DNA from: Candidatus Arthromitus sp. SFB-mouse-Japan
GTDB lineage: Bacteria; Bacillota; Clostridia; Clostridiales; Clostridiaceae
Reading direction: 5' to 3'
NCBI RefSeq assembly: GCF_000270205.1
Contig: NC_015913.1
Coordinates: forward strand, 270,001-302,000
Length of the DNA: 32,000 nt
Below the pieces are notes generated by a model. The model searched no databases. It saw only the letters and a list, made by a program, of their open reading frames with translations, and was not told the DNA's origin. Positions 26,763 to 32,000 of this stretch are shown here, piece after piece (the stretch's first letter is position 1; each line of letters begins with the position of its first letter). A program made the position numbers and the translations under genes.

Positions 26763-28094
26763 ATGAATGAAATTAGAGATAAATATAATAAGTATATAGG
26801 AAATGAATTAAGAGACAAAATTTCAAATTTAAATATAGTGATTGGTAATTTCAATAATATTAAGTATACACATAATTTGGGAATATGTACTGCGCTTGAG
26901 AAACTTTATAGAGTTTTACCTTACAAAGAAGAGGAAATTAGTTTTTTAAATAAAATTATAAACTCTATTAAGAAATTAGATTTAAATTCTATAATTACAT
27001 TATGTGATGATTATGAGTTTAGATTTTTTAAGATTTATGATTATTTAATTGATAATTTAAGTCAAAAATTTTTTGATTATCATTTAGCTAGTTTATTTAT
27101 AGACGTTTTATTGAATACTCACACTGTTAATGGAGTGAATTTATCTTTATTTATATTAAGTTTTTTTAATCCTACAGGATTATGTGAATTATATATTGAT
27201 AATTTGCAGGAGGATATGGATTATTTAGAGATCGGCTCTTTTGTTATATTAGATAGAAATATTATTAGTAATGAATATTTTTTAGTACTTAATTTGTTTT
27301 ATAGTGGTAAAAAAATTAATTATCTTTTAAATGAATTTGGAAGAAATTGTAGTATATCTTTAGGATTATTATCATTTGTATTTTATTTATATGAAATTGA
27401 TTTTTATAATTTAAATGATAACAATGGTATAGAAGATTTAAAAGTTTTAAGATATTTAAATAACTTAAGAAAGAAATTAAATCTAGTTTTTAAAAAGAAC
27501 ATATTTTCAAATAAGTTTATATATTTAGAACTGTTTAAGAAAGTTGAGGCTGTTATAAGTAATTTTAAGCATTTAGTGATGGGTAAAGAGGTTTATATTG
27601 ATATTGAATATATACGAATTTATTTAGAATTAGTTGGTACAGGAAACAAGTTTTTTAATAATGAGGTTCAAGATTTTATAAAAAAAGAACTTATAAATAG
27701 CATAGGATATTTTAATATTAAAAAATGTAAAGACATATTTACTATATATGATATGTTAAATATAAATATTTCAGATATTATTAATGAATTAATTATAGAA
27801 AATTATGATAATGTTACATTTGCAGATTTATTATTTAGATCTATTAGGGAATATAGATATGGAATAGATATAGTTAGATATTTCGAGAATACATTTTATT
27901 TTAATAAATTGATATATAATAGAAAGATAATTACAACTGTATTAAGAGTGTTAGTTTTGATATACGAAAAAAATCAATCAGTTAGTGATGTTGGACTTAG
28001 GATTGTACGAAGTGTAATTAATGATAAGCATTTATATCTTACATATAGTGATTATGTAAAATATTTTGCTATTAAGATTATAGAAAGGGGGTAG
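26763..28094 (+). CDS. Hypothetical 443-aa protein (predicted all-helical, no recognisable motif)
   Basis: A 1.3-kb stop-free frame in DNA of under 20% G+C. AGGGTGA SD. Its stop lies 4 nt before the next ATG. No P-loop, nuclease, HTH or TM signature was seen. Confidence 0.75.
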   Translation: MNEIRDKYNKYIGNELRDKISNLNIVIGNFNNIKYTHNLGICTALEKLYRVLPYKEEEISFLNKIINSIKKLDLNSIITLCDDYEFRFFKIYDYLIDNLSQKFFDYHLASLFIDVLLNTHTVNGVNLSLFILSFFNPTGLCELYIDNLQEDMDYLEIGSFVILDRNIISNEYFLVLNLFYSGKKINYLLNEFGRNCSISLGLLSFVFYLYEIDFYNLNDNNGIEDLKVLRYLNNLRKKLNLVFKKNIFSNKFIYLELFKKVEAVISNFKHLVMGKEVYIDIEYIRIYLELVGTGNKFFNNEVQDFIKKELINSIGYFNIKKCKDIFTIYDMLNINISDIINELIIENYDNVTFADLLFRSIREYRYGIDIVRYFENTFYFNKLIYNRKIITTVLRVLVLIYEKNQSVSDVGLRIVRSVINDKHLYLTYSDYVKYFAIKIIERG

Positions 28095-28098
28095 ATAT

Positions 28099-30834
28099 AT
28101 GTCATATATAGGATATTCTGATAAATTTCATGTATTTACTAAAATAATATCAGATATTGTCTTAGATAAAGAAACTGATATTTTAAATGATAATAACTAT
28201 TTAAAATATTATAATAAGATATGTGATTATTTAAATCTTTACATAGATGAAAACGATTTGATTGCGTTTATCAATTGTAATAAATTTCCTATTATTAAAG
28301 CAGAGTTAATGATTTATAATTTGAATAATTTAATAGAAAAGAATGTGGAATATAAACAAAGATTACATAAATTTATTTCAAATAACATTAGACTTTTTTC
28401 GAAAAATATAGTTGTATCTATATTAGCTTTACTATTTGATGATTTTTTAAATCAGTATAAATCATGTATTTTAAGTGGTAATAATTTCTATATCTCATTG
28501 TTTGGTATGTATATTTCTCTAGAAGACAATGAGTTTTTACAATTAATAAGTTCTATTTTAGAAGATGTTATATTGGATGAAAATGAGTTTTATTTTTTGT
28601 TATTGTTTTTATCAGATGCTGTTGATTTTACTAGTTATAATAAATATATAAAGAATTTTATTGATTATTATTCATTTCATAAAGAATTAGGATTACAAAA
28701 AACTAATTATTTGTCTATAGTGATATATGAGATTTTTAGAATAGATAGTTTTTTTTCGTATATGTGGGAGGATAGAAAGGAAAATTTAATAAAAAATAAG
28801 GAGTTTTTATTAAATTTATTAAATTTATTAATTTCGTACCATTTAGAGTGTAAATGTGATTTTTTAATCAAACAGGATAATGAAAATATTGAGACTTATT
28901 TTGAATTGATATACAAATTATTAATTAGTTTGTTTGAATTTGAAGTTGATGATTTTGAATATAAGATTTTATTGGATATTTGTGAATATATTATTCTTGA
29001 TGATTTAGATTTTGAAAGCAATTCAATTAAGAAGATAAGGGATGTAGTGTCTTGTATATTAAAGCCATATTATGATAAATTGGAGATTTGCTCTAAAGAA
29101 GAATTGAATATTAGTGATTATAATAAAAAGGTTATTTTGTTATGGTTATTTCAGGAAGATTATATTTATGTACTCGATGAGGTAATTAAATTTAATTTAG
29201 TTAAGTATGAGTTTGTGATTATTATTTTAAAACTTATATTTGGGGATATGTTAGATAATCGTGTGCGTTATTTATTGAAATTTAATGAAACTTTATTGTT
29301 AAATATAGATTTGTTTAGTGATGAGGAAATAAAGGAAATTGTTAATTATATGTTATGGATTTTAAAAGATATTTTGAAATATGATAATAACGGAAATTTA
29401 TTATCAATTTTATTAACAGTTTTTAAATACTCTACTTTTAGTGATGATAGCATTTATGAATTAATAAATATAATATTTGATATTAAGTCCATGATTAGTA
29501 ATAGTTTGATATTTGATGGTAAATCATTTTATAATAATTTATTGGAAAATAGTAGTGTGATTTATTGTAGATTGGACAGAGAATATGCATACGCCAAGAA
29601 TATATTTACTAGATATAATAGTAAAATTTTAGATGAGAGGGATAGGCTTATATTTTATTTAGAAAGCTATCTTTCATGTAGTAATAGAGAGAATAGAGAA
29701 AAGAGAATTACATATTATTCGTATTTGTTAACCTTAAAATATTTTGATTTATATAAATTTGAAATTAAGTCTTATTTCGAACCTATAAAGTATAGATATA
29801 ATAAACTAAAAAGTGAAATTAGTTTTTTAATTTATGATGCTATCCATGAAGAAGGATTTAAATTAGGGATTATATTATCTTTGCTATTTAAATCCGATGA
29901 GTATATTGATGTATATAAAAGCGTAGTTAATAAAGTGAGTTGGGGAGATATCTTTTATGGAATATACCAAATTTATGGTGATGAAATAGTAGAACTTAGT
30001 GATTTAATGAATCATAGTTGTTATATTTTTAGAATTAAGTTTAAACTTATCTCTATTTATGGTAGTACAAGATTTAAAAGTTTAAATAAGAGAAATGCTG
30101 TTATAAGAGAAAAAATATTTGAAGATTTAAATGCTTTTACAGGAAAACTTAATTCGTATGTATTTATATATAGTATAATTTTTTCTGATTATTATTCTGA
30201 TAAAACAAGTAGTATAAATATATTAACATTAAATTTAAAGACTATACTTAAATTGATAAATGAAGATTTAAATGATGATATAATATTTGATAGTTATATA
30301 TATTATAAATTTAGATTTTATATTTCGTTGTATTGTAATAAAATTATATCTTATACTCAAATACAAACATTAGATCATATAATTAAAACTCTTAGAAACA
30401 AATTTTTTGATATTAATAAAGAGATGGTTGTTAAGGAAATCGAAAATGATATAAGTTATAAAAATTTAATATCAGGCAAAAATATAAAAAGTGAATATAA
30501 TGATATACTATATTTTTTAGATAAGGTTATAAATGGTGTTAAAACAAGTGATTACTATGATGAGATTTTTTATTCTGAAAATATAGAATTAATCACGAGT
30601 ATATTGAATTCTGAAAAAAAATTTTATAATAAAGAAATGGAATTATTCTATAGTTATATAGAAACTATAAATTTTTTTATATTGGATAAAATATATTTAT
30701 GTAGTTTGAATAAGCCTATTATAGCTAAAGTATTCATAAAGGTATTAAATAATTATCCTATAGTTCTTTATAAAACGTTAAATGATAATAATAAATTTTA
30801 TATTTACAAAAAAATAGTGGAAATTAATAAATAA
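28099..30834 (+). CDS. Hypothetical 911-aa protein (predicted all-helical repeat/solenoid-like, no recognisable motif)
   Basis: A 2.7-kb stop-free frame in about 17% G+C DNA. A strong SD (AAGGGGGT) overlaps the end of the upstream gene. Composition is dominated by I/L/Y/F/N/K/D/E with very few G or P. No catalytic or nucleotide-binding motif was found by eye. Confidence 0.75.
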   Translation: MSYIGYSDKFHVFTKIISDIVLDKETDILNDNNYLKYYNKICDYLNLYIDENDLIAFINCNKFPIIKAELMIYNLNNLIEKNVEYKQRLHKFISNNIRLFSKNIVVSILALLFDDFLNQYKSCILSGNNFYISLFGMYISLEDNEFLQLISSILEDVILDENEFYFLLLFLSDAVDFTSYNKYIKNFIDYYSFHKELGLQKTNYLSIVIYEIFRIDSFFSYMWEDRKENLIKNKEFLLNLLNLLISYHLECKCDFLIKQDNENIETYFELIYKLLISLFEFEVDDFEYKILLDICEYIILDDLDFESNSIKKIRDVVSCILKPYYDKLEICSKEELNISDYNKKVILLWLFQEDYIYVLDEVIKFNLVKYEFVIIILKLIFGDMLDNRVRYLLKFNETLLLNIDLFSDEEIKEIVNYMLWILKDILKYDNNGNLLSILLTVFKYSTFSDDSIYELINIIFDIKSMISNSLIFDGKSFYNNLLENSSVIYCRLDREYAYAKNIFTRYNSKILDERDRLIFYLESYLSCSNRENREKRITYYSYLLTLKYFDLYKFEIKSYFEPIKYRYNKLKSEISFLIYDAIHEEGFKLGIILSLLFKSDEYIDVYKSVVNKVSWGDIFYGIYQIYGDEIVELSDLMNHSCYIFRIKFKLISIYGSTRFKSLNKRNAVIREKIFEDLNAFTGKLNSYVFIYSIIFSDYYSDKTSSINILTLNLKTILKLINEDLNDDIIFDSYIYYKFRFYISLYCNKIISYTQIQTLDHIIKTLRNKFFDINKEMVVKEIENDISYKNLISGKNIKSEYNDILYFLDKVINGVKTSDYYDEIFYSENIELITSILNSEKKFYNKEMELFYSYIETINFFILDKIYLCSLNKPIIAKVFIKVLNNYPIVLYKTLNDNNKFYIYKKIVEINK

Positions 30835-30873
30835 TTTCCACTAAAACGATTTTAAAATATATTAAAAAAGTTA

Positions 30874-30902
30874 TTGACTTATTTAATATGATTTGATATT
30901 AT
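30874..30902 (+). promoter_or_regulatory. rRNA operon promoter candidate (TTGACT-17 nt-TATTAT) with an AT-rich UP-like element
   Basis: TTGACT at 30874-30879, a 17-nt spacer and TATTAT at 30897-30902. An A/T tract at 30851-30870 lies upstream. It is about 100 nt upstream of the 16S 5' end. Confidence 0.55.
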
Positions 30903-30999
30903 ACTAAGGTAAGTTAAGTAATGTTATTAGATCATTGACAATTGGATAGGGAAAAGGAATGAAGAGAAGAAGTCAACGTTAATTTTGAGAGACTGGGAG

Positions 31000-32000
<1,001 letters not shown>

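Noticed and set aside
25205-30840. A genomic island integrated at tRNA-Leu, with the low-GC orphan genes downstream of the tRNA
   Set aside because: There is no integrase or recombinase gene. I found no direct repeat of the tRNA 3' end near 30840-30960. manA, an apparently native housekeeping gene, lies between the tRNA and the orphans. The low GC may simply reflect relaxed constraint.
30935-30940. A second TTGACA in the rRNA leader as a tandem P2 promoter
   Set aside because: No acceptable -10 hexamer lies 16-18 nt downstream (it reads AATGAA). It is probably part of the processed leader.

Overview
This is a very AT-rich window, with sampled coding lines at roughly 17-30% G+C. The 16S fragment looks Clostridium-like and the spmA/spmB spore-maturation genes are present, so it is probably from a low-GC, spore-forming Firmicute, possibly a reduced-genome Clostridiaceae lineage; I cannot verify that here. 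Most of the window is ordinary chromosomal housekeeping. On the + strand these are type-2 ileS, a CcpA-like LacI regulator, spmA/spmB, an M24 Xaa-Pro peptidase, lgt, a four-domain S1 protein, pepD, a rhomboid-like membrane protein, TspO, an amidohydrolase, a family-3 acyltransferase, polA-coaE-SLT transglycosylase, tRNA-Leu(GAG), manA and the 5' ~1 kb of a 16S rRNA gene. rmuC and a Ser/Thr-rich exported protein lie on the - strand. I see no CRISPR array, integrase, transposase or recognisable defence or toxin system. The parts worth a second look are lineage-specific orphans. (1) At 26205-30834, a small divergent ORF faces a tightly packed 443-aa/911-aa pair (4-nt gap). The pair appears all-helical, has no recognisable motif and is even more AT-rich than its neighbours, and it sits between manA and the rrn promoter. 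(2) At 18058-19737, a 559-aa orphan has an N-terminus that looks like a P-loop/STAND NTPase core with a destroyed Walker A. A 54-aa Cys-rich ORF missing from the ORF track follows it. (3) The window begins inside a large repeat-module protein, which is followed by two paralogous mini membrane proteins. (4) The ileS leader has a consensus promoter followed directly by a perfect terminator hairpin and has no T-box. All functional calls rest on motif recognition by eye; no database search was possible.
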